From contig CAVNZM010000017.1 in assembly GCA_963693365.1 (NCBI GenBank), positions 4,702,708 to 4,766,707 of the forward strand: DNA of 64,000 nucleotides, given 5' to 3'. Below, one piece after another: positions 12,370-28,029 of the stretch (position 1 is the stretch's first letter; each line of letters starts with the position of its first letter). The notes below the pieces were generated by a model, which ran no database searches, was not told where the DNA came from, and worked only from the letters and a program-made list of their open reading frames with translations. The stretch comes from Amoebidium appalachense. Taxonomy: Eukaryota > Protista > Ichthyosporea. A program made the translations under genes and the position numbers.

Positions 12370-13598
12370 CCGTCACGTACACGACCACCTGCACCACAAA
12401 AAAAGAAGAAGAAGAAGAAGAAGAAAAAGAAAGGAAGAAGAAAAAAAAAGAAAGGAAGAACGAATCAAAACATGGACTTAGTCTACACGAGTCACATGAC
12501 GTCATTGTTGTGCCTCATTTTTGATCTCCAGCCTCGTTGTGCGAGGCTACACATAGTCTACAATTTGGCGCCATTTTGGACTCCTGATCCGGGCCACAAC
12601 GTTAACGGCCGGGCAGTTTCCTTTCCACAAAACTGTTTTTGCTCCGCCGAGTACACTTCGTCCATGCCGGTTTTCACTCAAACGCCTTCAGGCATTAAAT
12701 AGTCACTCATCGCCTTCTAATGTGCTGCTGTGTGCATGTTTCATGTTCCCAAGCACATGTGGAAGTCTATGCATATGCAGGCTTGCATGGCTTGTCTGTG
12801 TAACATGGCCTCCTTCTGAGCCGGGCATTCATTCCTAACTCTGATGGTCTTGGTCTAAACAAGAAAGCGACTGTTTTCTTGACTTTCGCATCTCAGAAGT
12901 CTGGTAACACTTTCTGGTTAAGGTATGTAAGTGCTGGTTCTTTTCCCCTTTAATTTTAGTTAACATGTCTTTCGGTGCCAAAATACAGCGTGTTTTTGAC
13001 TGGTGTGGGTTGAAGTGACTCTGGAAGCCTTCGTCTTTGTGTTAGCTTCAGTGAGCATGCTTTGTTTGCGTGTGCATGTGTGGGTGGATGGGTGTGGGTG
13101 TGTGGGGTGGGGGTGTGTTTGTGTGTGTGTGTGTGTGTGTGTCGGGGGGGGGGGGGGGGGGGGGGGGGGGGAGGGGAGAGGGGAGGGGGGAGGACGCGGG
13201 GAGACGGGTGTGTGTATTTGGAGGGAGGGGAAGGGGGGTGAGAGAGTGGGGGGAGGGTTGTGTGTGTGTGTGTGTGTCTGTGCGCTTGTGAGTGCGGGTA
13301 TGGCCTTGCTGGAAACACGAGAGAGAAAAGTTAAGCCCATGTGTATACATACTGTTGGAGGCGGTGTATGTGCTCCACCCCCCCTCTCCCCCCGTCCCCC
13401 CCTCCCGCTCCCCCCCTCACACTCTCTTCTCACATTACAAAGAGGGCGGCTTTTCTTAGTGTTATTCACAGAGGGTGCATGTGCAAAGAGGGCGGCTTTT
13501 CTTAGTGTTATTCACAGAGGGTGCATGTGCATGTGCCCCCCCCCTCCCCCCCCCCTCTCCCCATCCTGCGCCCCTCTCCCCCCCGGCGCAGCTCCCCG

Positions 13599-13652
<54 letters not shown>

Positions 13653-13754
13653 TTTCCCCCCTGCCTGTGTACAAATAGGGTTCTTTCCTCCACTCCCATT
13701 TTGCACACCATTTGTAACCAAATAACGCTAACACTCTCTCCTCGCATCACAAAG

Positions 13755-14949
13755 ATGGCGACTTTCCATGTTGTCATCCACCATGGCTGTGTGCCTGTTC
13801 CCGAGCTGGAGACTGGGGGTGTGGCATATGTTGGCCTGCGTTGGACTGTGTGGGAACAGAGACCCATTGAGGCTCTCATCGCTTCTCTGGCTATTCAACT
13901 CAACGCACCCAAGGTGTGTAACAAGCACCCCTGACCGAACAACCCCCCCCTCCCCCTCCCTTTCTCCCCCTCCCCCCCCCCCCCCAAAAAAAAAAAAAAA
14001 AAGAAAGAAAGAAAGAAAAAGAAAAACGAAAGAAAGAAACATCCCCTAGGCCGCCTTCAGAGTTTTTTCTGATTTTTCCTGCTTCCTGATGTAACCTAAA
14101 TCCCATTCTTTTCAATTCTCCTACCTGCGACGTCTACCCGCATATGTAGCCCAGCTCGCCTCGTGTGCAAGCTTTCTTGTTTGCCTAAGGTGAGGCATGT
14201 GTTTCCTTGCACTGTGTGGTGTGAATGCGCATGCTCCTGCGCACACACACACACACGCAGCATGCACAGACGGGAGGGTTTGCACGCCTGTGTAGTCCAT
14301 GTCCCTACTTAGCCAAGCAATCAAACACATGCGCGCTCGCACACACAGTCATTCAACGAACACACATGCACATGCTTGCACGTTGGCGCGTACGCACACG
14401 TGCGCGCACGAACACACACACACAGGCACACACAGACACATGCGCATGTACATGCACTCGTAATATCGAGATAGGTGTCTTTTCTTTCGCTTTCCTTTCT
14501 TCTACTTTGCAACGGACACAAACCTCTTCCCCCTCCCCCCCCCCCCCCCCCCCCCTTCACCCCGGGCACACACCCACACTATCTATTTTCTTATTAAAGA
14601 AATAAAAAAATAAACAGGCTTGGGGGGGGGGGGGGGGGGGGGGGGGGTTCGCTTAATTCTGTTCTTTCTACCGCATGAATTCACACTCCTTGTATTAGAC
14701 ATATCCGTTAAAACACCTGGCCAATCTACCATGGTACAGTGTATAGTTTCTGACCCAAAAAACCACTACATGCACCCCACCATACAGGGTGTGTATTTCC
14801 GGCTTGCTTTAACTACGGGGGAGATACCCAGGAGAGACTATGACTGCTTGCTCTCTCGGCACGGGGGGATTCTGCCTGGAGCACTGCTGTTGCTGATGGT
14901 GTGTGCACCTAACTGCTCATGTAAGGTACGTGTGCCTCAATCGAGTTAA
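13755..14949 (+). CDS. Small hypothetical protein, possibly ubiquitin-like fold
   Basis: Exons 13755-13913 (MATFHVVIHH...IEALIASLAIQLNAPK|GT) and 14788-14949 (AG|GVYFRLALTTGEIPRRDYDCLLSRHGGILPGALLLLM..) join in phase 0. The hydrophobic pattern resembles a beta-grasp domain (inference). Confidence 0.45.
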
Positions 14950-15625
14950 AGCATCAGAATATAAATTAGATTAAAATAAGATGAAGCACTAAATGATGCT
15001 GTAAGTGGTGGTGTGTGCACCTAACTGCTCATGTGTGCTATGTGTGCGGCAATTGAATCAAGTCGTCAAAGTTTAAAATGATGATAAGAAAACAAATGAA
15101 ATTATGCTGTTGCTGATGGTGATGTGCGGTACGTGTGCCCCAATCAAAATATATCTTTAAATTCAAAGCAGTAATAAAAGTAAACAGGAAATTTTACTGT
15201 TGCTGATGGTCTGCGCACGGATGGGTGCCCCACTGGAATTAAAGGGGGTTTCTTTTTTTTTATAGCTTTCCGGGTCGGGTCGGGTCAGAGGGATTTCTTG
15301 CTATGTGATTGGCGTGCTGCGCATCAGCTGCGCACCATCGTTTGGCCGGAAGCATGTTACAGATGCGCCAAAATACAACAAAAAGAAAAGAGAAAAGAGA
15401 AAAAAAAGAAGGAAAGAAGGGGAAAATACTAATCAAGCGTCAGGGAGAAGATTGCAGCTCCAGATTTTGATTTATGTGCTGGAGCGGCGACAATTAATCG
15501 GTCTAAAAGAAACCCCCTTTAAATCATAAAATATTAAACTGATAAAAATAAGCTAAAAATGTTGCTGTTGCTGGTGGTGTGAGCTTGCAGCTTACTGTTT
15601 CCTGTTTCGTGTATGTCCCCCAATC
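14884..15625 (+). repeat. Five diverged ~100-110-bp tandem copies of the 3' end of the upstream exon
   Basis: CTGTTGCTGATGGT...GTG..CCCAAT-like unit at about 14884, 14996, 15105, 15197 and 15563; the fourth unit is interrupted by the MITE. Confidence 0.75.
15243..15518. mobile_element. 276-bp non-autonomous TIR element (MITE), Kolobok-type
   Basis: Terminal inverted repeats AGGGGGTTTCTTTT / AAAAGAAACCCCCT, flanked by TTAA at 15239-15242 and 15519-15522. A TTAA target with purine (AG) termini is the Kolobok signature; piggyBac ends begin with CC. Confidence 0.7.
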
Positions 15626-15743
15626 AAAATAGATAATTAAAATTAGCAAGTTGTTAAAAGAACATAAGAAACAATGCTGCATACGTTCCAACATGACGGT
15701 TTGTCCACTAACAGTGTCCGAATCACGTGCTCGCTGTAAAACG

Positions 15744-19166
<3,423 letters not shown>

Positions 19167-19335
19167 AGTTTTTTTTTCGTTTTTATGTTTGGGAAAAAAA
19201 CCCCCCTCTGAAAATATGATGTTTTGAATTGGGCTTATGTAGTTTGCGTTTGGAGTTGATGTGGGGTTGTTGTATGCGCATGTATCACGTGGATGGGTGG
19301 GTGGGTTCTTTTTTTTTGTTTTTTTTTTGTTTTTT

Positions 19336-19366
<31 letters not shown>

Positions 19367-20428
19367 GGGGTTGGTTGGCCGAACGTTTTGTATTCTTGGG
19401 TTCGTTTGCAACGTAAATTGTCTTTGATCATTTAATTCCGTTATTCTGAAAAATCCTTACTATGCAACATAATATTTCTTGTATGTACATATATGGATAT
19501 AAACATTGGAGCCCTGAAACGAAGAATACCAAAGTATAGCTTTAATAATCATCCGAAGGTTAACCGAATTATTAACCATTTGCAAATGTAATTATTGGTT
19601 GTTGGTAACAAAAATGTCAAAGTTGTCGCAAGAGAAAATACAACAGTCAAAACCGAAAGAAAAAAAAACAAAAAAAAAAAAAAAAGAGACGGTCCTTCGA
19701 TAATCTCTCTTTGCAAGTGAAATTGCAGATACAAACGCACACATTCACAATCACCAGCTCACGTGCATTCATACACACACACAGCCTTGCTAACACTCAC
19801 GCGCACGTGCACACATGCAAACACATACACACCTCCGCGTGCACACACACACACGCACGCACACCTGTACACATACACACACAAGGCTCACAAGCACGCG
19901 TGCACACAGGCACTGGGCGCGCGGGCGCACACACAACAAGAACACACGCACCCACACATGACACGCTGTACACAGACACATCAGCTCCATCAACCCCAGC
20001 AGCCCCCCCCCCCTCATCACCACCACCACAGCCACCATAACCACAACCACAACCGCAACAGAAAAAAGAGAAAGAAAAAAGAAAAAGAAAGGAAGAAAGA
20101 GAGAAAGAAAAAACATGCAACAACAATTGCAACGTTTCATCCAAACCCCCACCCACGCTGCCCTACACCCCAATCCTCAACCCCTGCCCCTAAAAAAAAT
20201 AAAAATAAAAATAAATAAAAATAAAAATAAAAATAAAAAAAATAAAAAACGAAAGACCAGACAAGCACACGTATCCACTCTACAAGCATGCACACAACGT
20301 TAACGTATCATTTTTTTTTATTTTTTTTTTGCTTTTTGAGATTTCTGTACGATTTCGCTGCTGAGTACTATACAAAGATCCCCTTCCTCCGGTACCAAAT
20401 AAGGCTCCTCCATCCCCTCTCTGATTGG

Positions 20429-20494
20429 TCAACTTGGCTCGACGCATGGTGACCTGTACCGACAGCGAAGATGTAACGATTTCAGCAAATGCCT

Positions 20495-20567
<73 letters not shown>

Positions 20568-21095
20568 AGACTAGAGAAAGAAACCTATAAAAGGAAAACG
20601 AGAGAGATCTAGAAAGAAAAAAACAAGAAGCAAAAAGAAAAAAAAGAAAGGAAAAAAGAGGGGAAGGGGGAAGGGAGAGAAATCAATTGACCGCCACATC
20701 CTCAAAGTGCCCTCTCTTTCCCTCTCTCCCCGTCTCATCCCCCCCCTCCCCCCCTACCCCCCCTCCCGCTTCCTCATTCAATCCCTCTCTATCTCTCTGC
20801 CCCTCCCCTCCCCCTCCTGCCCTCCCTCCCTCCCTCCCTCTCCATCCCCCCCCCCGCCCCCTCCCCCCCCTCAACCCCACCACCGCCACCACCACCACCA
20901 CCTCCACCCACCCACCAACCCACCTCTGTCAACCCGCACACAGAGGCGCACATCAGAACCTTTGGTACATGCCACACGTACACGGCATGTGCACAAGTGG
21001 TGAGTGGGTGGTAGTGGTGGTTTGTGGGTTTTTTCACTTGCGTGTATGCGTGCGTGCGTTGCGTGCGCGCGTGCGCGCGTGCGTGCGTGGCAGGG

Positions 21096-21127
<32 letters not shown>

Positions 21128-21556
21128 ACACGGAGCAGGGGGGGGAGGGGGAGGGAGGGGGGGGGGGAGGGGGGGGGGGGCGGGGAGGAAGCAATTTGCA
21201 CCTTATCTGCTCGAGGATGTCAACCAGACGGAGCACTCCTATTGGACGAAAGTCATCATCAACAACCCACAGTCGGTGGAATTTCGTCGGGGCAATCTGA
21301 AAGGGACCAATCACAAAGCAGGATCTTGAGTCAGTGCAAAATAAACCGCTAGCAAGAAAACACTCCAGGCGTCAACACAGGAGGCTCACTAAGTCGTGGT
21401 ATAATATATGTAACACCCATATTCCAGATCTCCCGTTTTTCTCCATATATCCGATTCAGCAATATGATCTCTAAGTCAAGGTGGTATCTAATCGGGGAGA
21501 AAACCCAGAACAAAATAAAAAGAGGAGGGCAAAAGGGGGCACGGGGTGTGTTGGGA

Positions 21557-21593
<37 letters not shown>

Positions 21594-22122
21594 CTGTACC
21601 AGTTTCGGTACACGGAGGCCAAAAAAGAAGAGAAAAGGGAAGGGAAAGGGTGAGTGGGTGGGTGGGTGGGTGGGTGGGTGGGTGGGGGGGGGGGGGGGGG
21701 GGGGATGTATGGCATCAAAGGACAAAGTATAGTACGTTATAAACATAGAAAACCCAAAATCGGTTTATAATTCGTAACTTGAAACTAATCAAAAAACGTG
21801 CAGGCAGAAATTGCTTGAACAGAGCAAGTCATCAGAGGGGTTCCTACATCCCACAAAGAATTTTTATTTTGGGGGGGGATCTTTACCATTTTCAGCGCAT
21901 GGCCCAAAGTGTCACCAATGCGCACACACCCAGGATGGGTACCAGGGAGGGTGGTGGCAGGGTCTATGTTCAGGTACTGCTCTAGGGGGAGCAGCACGCG
22001 GTCTAGGGTGTCCACGGCCAAACCTCGGGTGTCGGAGGGTGAGAGGGTGCCGATGAGTCGGCCGGATGGGTCGGTGAGGGCTACGGCATCGGAGTGGCTG
22101 TGGGTGAGTTGCTGGTAGGCCT

Positions 22123-22155
<33 letters not shown>

Positions 22156-23931
22156 GGGGGGAGATAAGTTTTTATGCTCAGAAATTCGGGGAAAGGGGGG
22201 AGCTGGGAGGAGGGGGCGGGGGGAGGGGGGGGGGGGGGGGGGGGGGGGGAGGGGGGAAGAGGAGGGGTAAAGTGTGTAATTTGTTTTTTTTTGACCTTTT
22301 TGTTTTTACTGAATATGATAATGGAAAGGAGGCGAACCGTGGAGGGGGGGGGGGGGGGGAGGGGGGGGGGGACGGATGGAGTGCATCATGATACATAGTC
22401 GAAACAAAGACCACAGTGCAGAGAGACTCATGAAATGTCAAGGGGACGAGAGGGAGGGGGGGGGGGGGGGGGGGGGGGAGGGGGGCAAGGTGAAAGGGGG
22501 GAAGGGGGAGGGGGGGGGGGGGGGGGGGGGGGAGGGAAACCTGGAGGGCGGTGGCAGTGCCGACAGGGACAACCACAAAGTTCTTGCCGGGGGCAACAAA
22601 GGAACCAATGGGAATGTCGAGAACAGAACCTAATTTGTCCGTGTGGCCTGGGTGGTGGGTTGTAATTGGTCAGATATCAGTAATATCAGTAACACATATG
22701 GAGGTGTAGGTGTGCGGGTGTGGGTATAGACACGCATTTGTGCGCGTGCGCGTGCGCGTGCGCGTGCGTGTGCGCGTGTGTGTGACACACTGTGTGTATG
22801 TGTGTGTGTGTGTCTGTGTGTGTGTAGGTGTTTGTGTGTGTACGCACATGTGTATGTGTCTGCGCGCCAGCGTGCGCGCGCACCCATGTGCCACAGTGTG
22901 TGTGCGTGTGTTTGTGTGTCTTTGCGTATGGAGACTCTGCCATAAACCACGTGTGGTGGCATAGTGAAATTATGCCTGTGCACCTTCCCGACCCACTCCA
23001 TTCTTCTCTCCATCCCGTTGTTTTAGGAAACGAGATTTTCCCCTTTTTTTTCGAATTTTTTACAAAAAAAAAAAAAAAAAAGGACAGGGAAGGGTTGCAT
23101 TTCTTTTTTAAAAGATAAAATCCCTAGACCTTGCATTCGAACTATCACCTCTTCAACCCCAGACCTTAACTAAATAGCCGGCCAAAACCGTTCACACAAG
23201 ACGACACCACATTGATAATCATACGTTACGGGAGTTTCGTTTAGGCCGATTTATGAGCCCTTCCCGGTCAGGCCAAAATGCTGTTGGCTGATTTATGAGC
23301 CCTTCCGGGTCAGGCCAAAATGCTGTTTGCTGCGCATCACACCAATCCTAATGAATGAATCTCTTTCGGGTCTGACCCGACTCGGAATCATAAAGAAACC
23401 TTCCTTTAACATCAATCCAAAGCCAATGAACATTGGCCCGGTAGTCCACTAATCTCATGATCCGAGTTGCGCTAAGGCCATGTTCCGAATTTCCAGCAAT
23501 TTTTTATTAAAAAAACGTTCTATTTACAATAAAAAGATTGGCTTTTTCCTTATCTTCATTTGTGTGTGTGTGGGTGTGGGTGGGTGGGTGGGTGGGGGGG
23601 GGGGGGGGGGGGGGGGGGGTGATCTGTCGAAGGCGCGGGGGGAAAGGGGGCGGGGAGGAAAGGGGGGAGGGGGGGGGGAGGGGGGAGGGGGGTGAGTGGC
23701 TTTTTTTGCGTGATTTGGGGGGGAGGGGGGAGGGGGGGGGGGGGGGGGGGGGGGTGGAATGCGTCAAAAAGTACGAAGTACACAAGAACAAACGGATAAC
23801 ACGATGCAGAATGCAAGCCATACATAAAGAGTATGCATAATAAGCAGAGCCCATCCTCAGGGGGGGCCCACGTCATCCACAGTACCCGAGTTTCGACCTA
23901 TTTACCTCGTTAACGAAACCCAACTCAGATC

Positions 23932-23964
<33 letters not shown>

Positions 23965-24142
23965 GTACGTGCCAGAAACTTGACGATGTCTGTTGCAGTC
24001 AGGACACGGAAGAGAGACTTCCGCAGATCTGTGTGTGTGTGGGGGGTGGGGGGGGGGGGGGGGGGGGGGGGGGGGTTGGGGTGGTGGTGGTGGTGGTGTG
24101 TGTGGGTGGGTGTGTGTGGGTGGGTGGGCAGGTGGGTGGGTT

Positions 24143-24192
<50 letters not shown>

Positions 24193-25038
24193 GGATATGT
24201 GTGGTACATGTTTGTGTGTGTACGTGTGCACGGGTTATCTGATGCATGATGCATGTAAATCATTAAGGATGTATGGGAGGATCACGTTGAAATAATGCAG
24301 GGTAGGTGGGGGGGGGGGGGGGGGGGAGGGGGGGGTAGAAGGAGGAACGAGAAGGGTTTGACAACCATTATGAATAGTTACTATAACATGTCAGCCGTAC
24401 AGAAAACCGCTCCCATTCAAACTAAGTCGATAGTGACAAATACATGTCCGTAGAAAGCCCGGACGATCAGTGCAAGAAAAACCAACTGGGGTTCAGAATA
24501 CTAGCAGGAATCTCAATTGATAATCACTTGATAGAACTTAATAGAACTTACAGTGTGAACATCAAAATGGGGCTCCCACGGGGGGAGGGGGGGGGGGGGG
24601 GGAAGAAGAGAAGGAGGAGCCTCGAGGGAAGGGAGGGGGGGGGGGGGGGGGGGGGGGGGAGGGGGCACCACGAAGAGAGCAGCAGAAGGTAAGAGAGTGA
24701 GAAGACAAGGTAGGTTAAAAGACGTGGGATGGAGTGTGTGTGTGGGGAGGGGGGGGGGGGGGGGGAAGAGGATGAGAGGGGTCAAAGGGGAAGGGGGAAG
24801 GGGATGGGGGGAGGACTTGGGGAGGGGATAGAGGTAAAGGGGGTTGGGAGGGTGGTGGGGAGGGGGGGGGGGGGGGGGGGGGGGGGGAGGGAGGGAAGGG
24901 GGAAGGGGGTATGGTATATACTTTCACGGTCGTAGCCGAGAGAGACGAGCAGGCGGGGCACTTCGGCCAAAGAATCAAGACAGTCACTGAGAGGGGTGGT
25001 GGAGGGGATGGCTCGAAGCCCCCGTGTCCTCTTGCCCT

Positions 25039-25083
<45 letters not shown>

Positions 25084-26732
25084 ATGGGTGGGTGGGTGGG
25101 TGGGTGGGTGGTGGTGGATGTGTGTGTGTGTGTGCGTGTGTGCGCGCGCGCTCGCCCGCACGCGTCAGAATGTGTGTGCGTGTGTGCGTGTGTGCGTGTG
25201 TGCGTGTGTGCGTGTGTGCGTGCGTGTGCACGCGTCAGTGTGTGTGTGCGTGTGTGCGCGTGTGTGCACGCATGTGTGTGTGCGGTTGGGTGGGTGGGTG
25301 GGTGGGTGGCAGGCAGAGTGTGTGTGTGGGGAGAGAATGGGAGGGAGGGAGACGAGGGGAGAGAGGGGGGGGGGGGGGGAGGGGAAGGATGAGGACCTGT
25401 ATATGCAGCAGTAAGCTAGAACCGCTGAGAACGGGCGTGGCCAACTAGCCACATGCAATAAGACTGTGTGATCATAATTGAAGAGAACCAAACCCCCCCC
25501 CCCCATTTTTTTTGCGTGTATGTGTGGGGGGGGGGGGGGGGGGGGGGGGGGGAAGGGGGGGGGGAAGGGGGGGGGGGAAGGGGGGGGGGAAGGGGGGGGG
25601 GGAAGGGGGGGGGGGGAGGGGGGGGGGGGAGGGGGAAGGGGGGGGGGGGGGGGGGGGGTTGTTATTGATTGCCGTCTCGGGGAAGGCTTTCCGTTGGAAG
25701 GTAGACACGGTGGGGCCTTTTTGTAGGTGTGTAGGAGCTAAAGGTCGAAAAGGCACACAAATCGGGCCCCCAGGGGCCCCCCGGGGGGGGAGGGGGGGGG
25801 GGTTTTGAATGCGGAACACGGTATAAAGTACGCATACACGACGAGAAGCATGGTGCAGGACACATGCAAAGGCAAACATTCAAGTATGCAACATCAGCCA
25901 TGTGCACAGTATGCGTCATAAGCAGAGCCCATCCTCAGGGAGGACCCAAGTCATCAATTGCGTCTGAGTTTCGACCCCTTAGCCCGCGTATATACGACAC
26001 TCCAACTCAGACAGCAGCATCAACTGAGCTTGGGCGGGTCAACCCGTCTTGATCAAAGACGAGCAGGGTTGCTTATGCAAGCAAGGTGAGCAAAACGGTG
26101 AAGATGTGTGTGCAAACTAATGCAGTGCAGCGAAAAATGTGTATGTGCTTACAGATGCACGACACAGAGCAACCATGCCCGGTTGCATGGAAGTAAAGCG
26201 GTGGGGGGGGAGGGGGGGGGGGGGGGGGGGGGAGGGGGGGTGGATGGAGAATGGAAAGGGGGGAGGGGATGAATGAGAGTTCAATCCATAACAAAGGGTG
26301 AATGGGGTGGAGACTAAGATTGGTTATTTGGTTGGAGGGGAGGGGGAAAGAGTTGGGGGGGAGGGGGGAGGGGGCGGGGGGGGGGGGGGGGGGGGGGGGA
26401 GGGTTGGATCGCGTTACAGAGTACCGTGCGAAAGGGGGGGGGGGGGAAGGGTGTAGGGGAGGGGTTCATGAATGGAAATTCCAACATGCACATACCGTCA
26501 ACAGTCCGGCGCCAATTCCGATGATATTTGCCACTGGGGTTTTTGCGAGGACCGACCCGTTCAGATGCTCCCCGCTTTCGTTCTTAATGTGGGCACCAAC
26601 CGTCTGGTCCATGTATAAAACAACATCCATCACACTGACGATCCCGGCATAAGCTCCTGTGTCGGTCTCATAGACGGGAAGGGAGAGGATGTGGTGTCTG
26701 TTTTTTTTGTTTTTTTTTTGTTTTTGTTTTTT

Positions 26733-26783
<51 letters not shown>

Positions 26784-26950
26784 GGGCATGGTGGAGAGGG
26801 GATGGTGGAGAGAGGAAGGGGTGAGTGGGAAGGAAGGCTTTAGCTAAATAAATAATGTGACTCCCTAAAGACTTCTAGGTACTGAAAGAGTTAAGCTGGG
26901 GAGGACCCTTTGATAACCATCCTAGGGGAGGAGGGGAAGGGGGAGGGGAA

Positions 26951-26984
<34 letters not shown>

Positions 26985-26985
26985 T

Positions 26986-27031
<46 letters not shown>

Positions 27032-27421
27032 AATTTTGATTAGATTATTGGTAAATGTGATGTATCATCAGCAAGAGACAATCATTGCGTGATGCCTTTC
27101 GTTACAAACCCCCCCCCCACCCCACCTCCTCCTCCCCCCCCCCTCCCCCCCCCCAAAAAAAAAAAGAAAAAAAAAAAGAAAAAAAAAAGCATTCAAAACT
27201 TTATTACATTGAACTTCAACTATCACCTTACCTTATCATCGCATAAACATACACCCTGACAAATCCCCCCTGGTTTCCCCCCCTTTCCCTCTCCCCCTCC
27301 CCCCCCCCCCCCCCCCCGCCCCCCCGCCGGCCCCCCTTCTCCCCTCGATACAAATTAATAAATAAATAAATAAATAAAATAAAATAAAAACACGTACACC
27401 CACACACACACACACAACACA

Positions 27422-27509
<88 letters not shown>

Positions 27510-27708
27510 GCCCACACAACACACACACACACACACACACACACAAGCCCACACAAACACAGGCGTGCGCGCGTGCACACACACAGACACAAACGCACAC
27601 ACCGTGTCACACATACATACACGTACTGGTTCATTAACTCCATAGCTCCTTGCACCGATGTTGTCACCGTGACCTCCAAAAGATCCAGCTTTGTCACTAC
27701 GAGTGATC
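20429..27708 (-). CDS. CBS-domain protein (4xCBS; SDS23/AMPK-gamma-like); 5' end unresolved
   Basis: Phase-consistent exons 27708-27627, 26697-26496, 25036-24922, 24028-23969, 22629-22541, 22120-21887, 21296-21202, and a tentative last exon 20453-20429. Motifs: [92 protein letters not shown] further 5' exon probably lies near 28050-28250. Confidence 0.8.
23250..23409 (-). mobile_element. One end of an element related to the 15243 MITE, with a 38-bp internal tandem duplication
   Basis: Reverse complement reads TTAA-AGGAAGGTTTCTTT..TCCGAGTCGGGTCAG..GATTGGTGTGATGCGCA..TTTGGCC, matching the left arm of 15243-15350. I found no second TIR. Confidence 0.55.
23755..23932 (-). mobile_element. 5'-truncated subfamily B repeat in a CBS-gene intron
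   Basis: Reverse complement of about 17325-17498; G-runs on both sides. Confidence 0.8.
25803..26202 (-). mobile_element. Subfamily A repeat in a CBS-gene intron
   Basis: Reverse complement of about 68-462; G-runs on both sides. Confidence 0.8.
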
Positions 27709-27961
27709 CTGAGAGGCAAAAGAAAGATGTATGAGCGTAAACGGGGGCCCAGGGGAGGGGGAAGGGGGGGGGGGGGGGGGGGAGGGGGGGGAGGGGGGGG
27801 AGGGGAGAGGGCTTTTCTTATAGCATGATGCTGCCCTGTTTTTTTGCATTTCATTTTTTTGGCTTTTTTGGTTTTTTGCAGGTGTGTCAGGGTCAGCTTT
27901 TGGTTGGGGAAAAAAGAAAGGCGGGAAGGGGCGAGAGGGGGAGGGGGGGGGAGGGGGGGGG

Positions 27962-28029
<68 letters not shown>

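Noticed and set aside
27968-28028. Poly(G) runs as pure two-colour sequencing artefacts
   Set aside because: The runs occur on both strands, are interrupted in patterned ways, avoid exons and are copied within tandem duplications, so they are real features, although exact lengths are unreliable.
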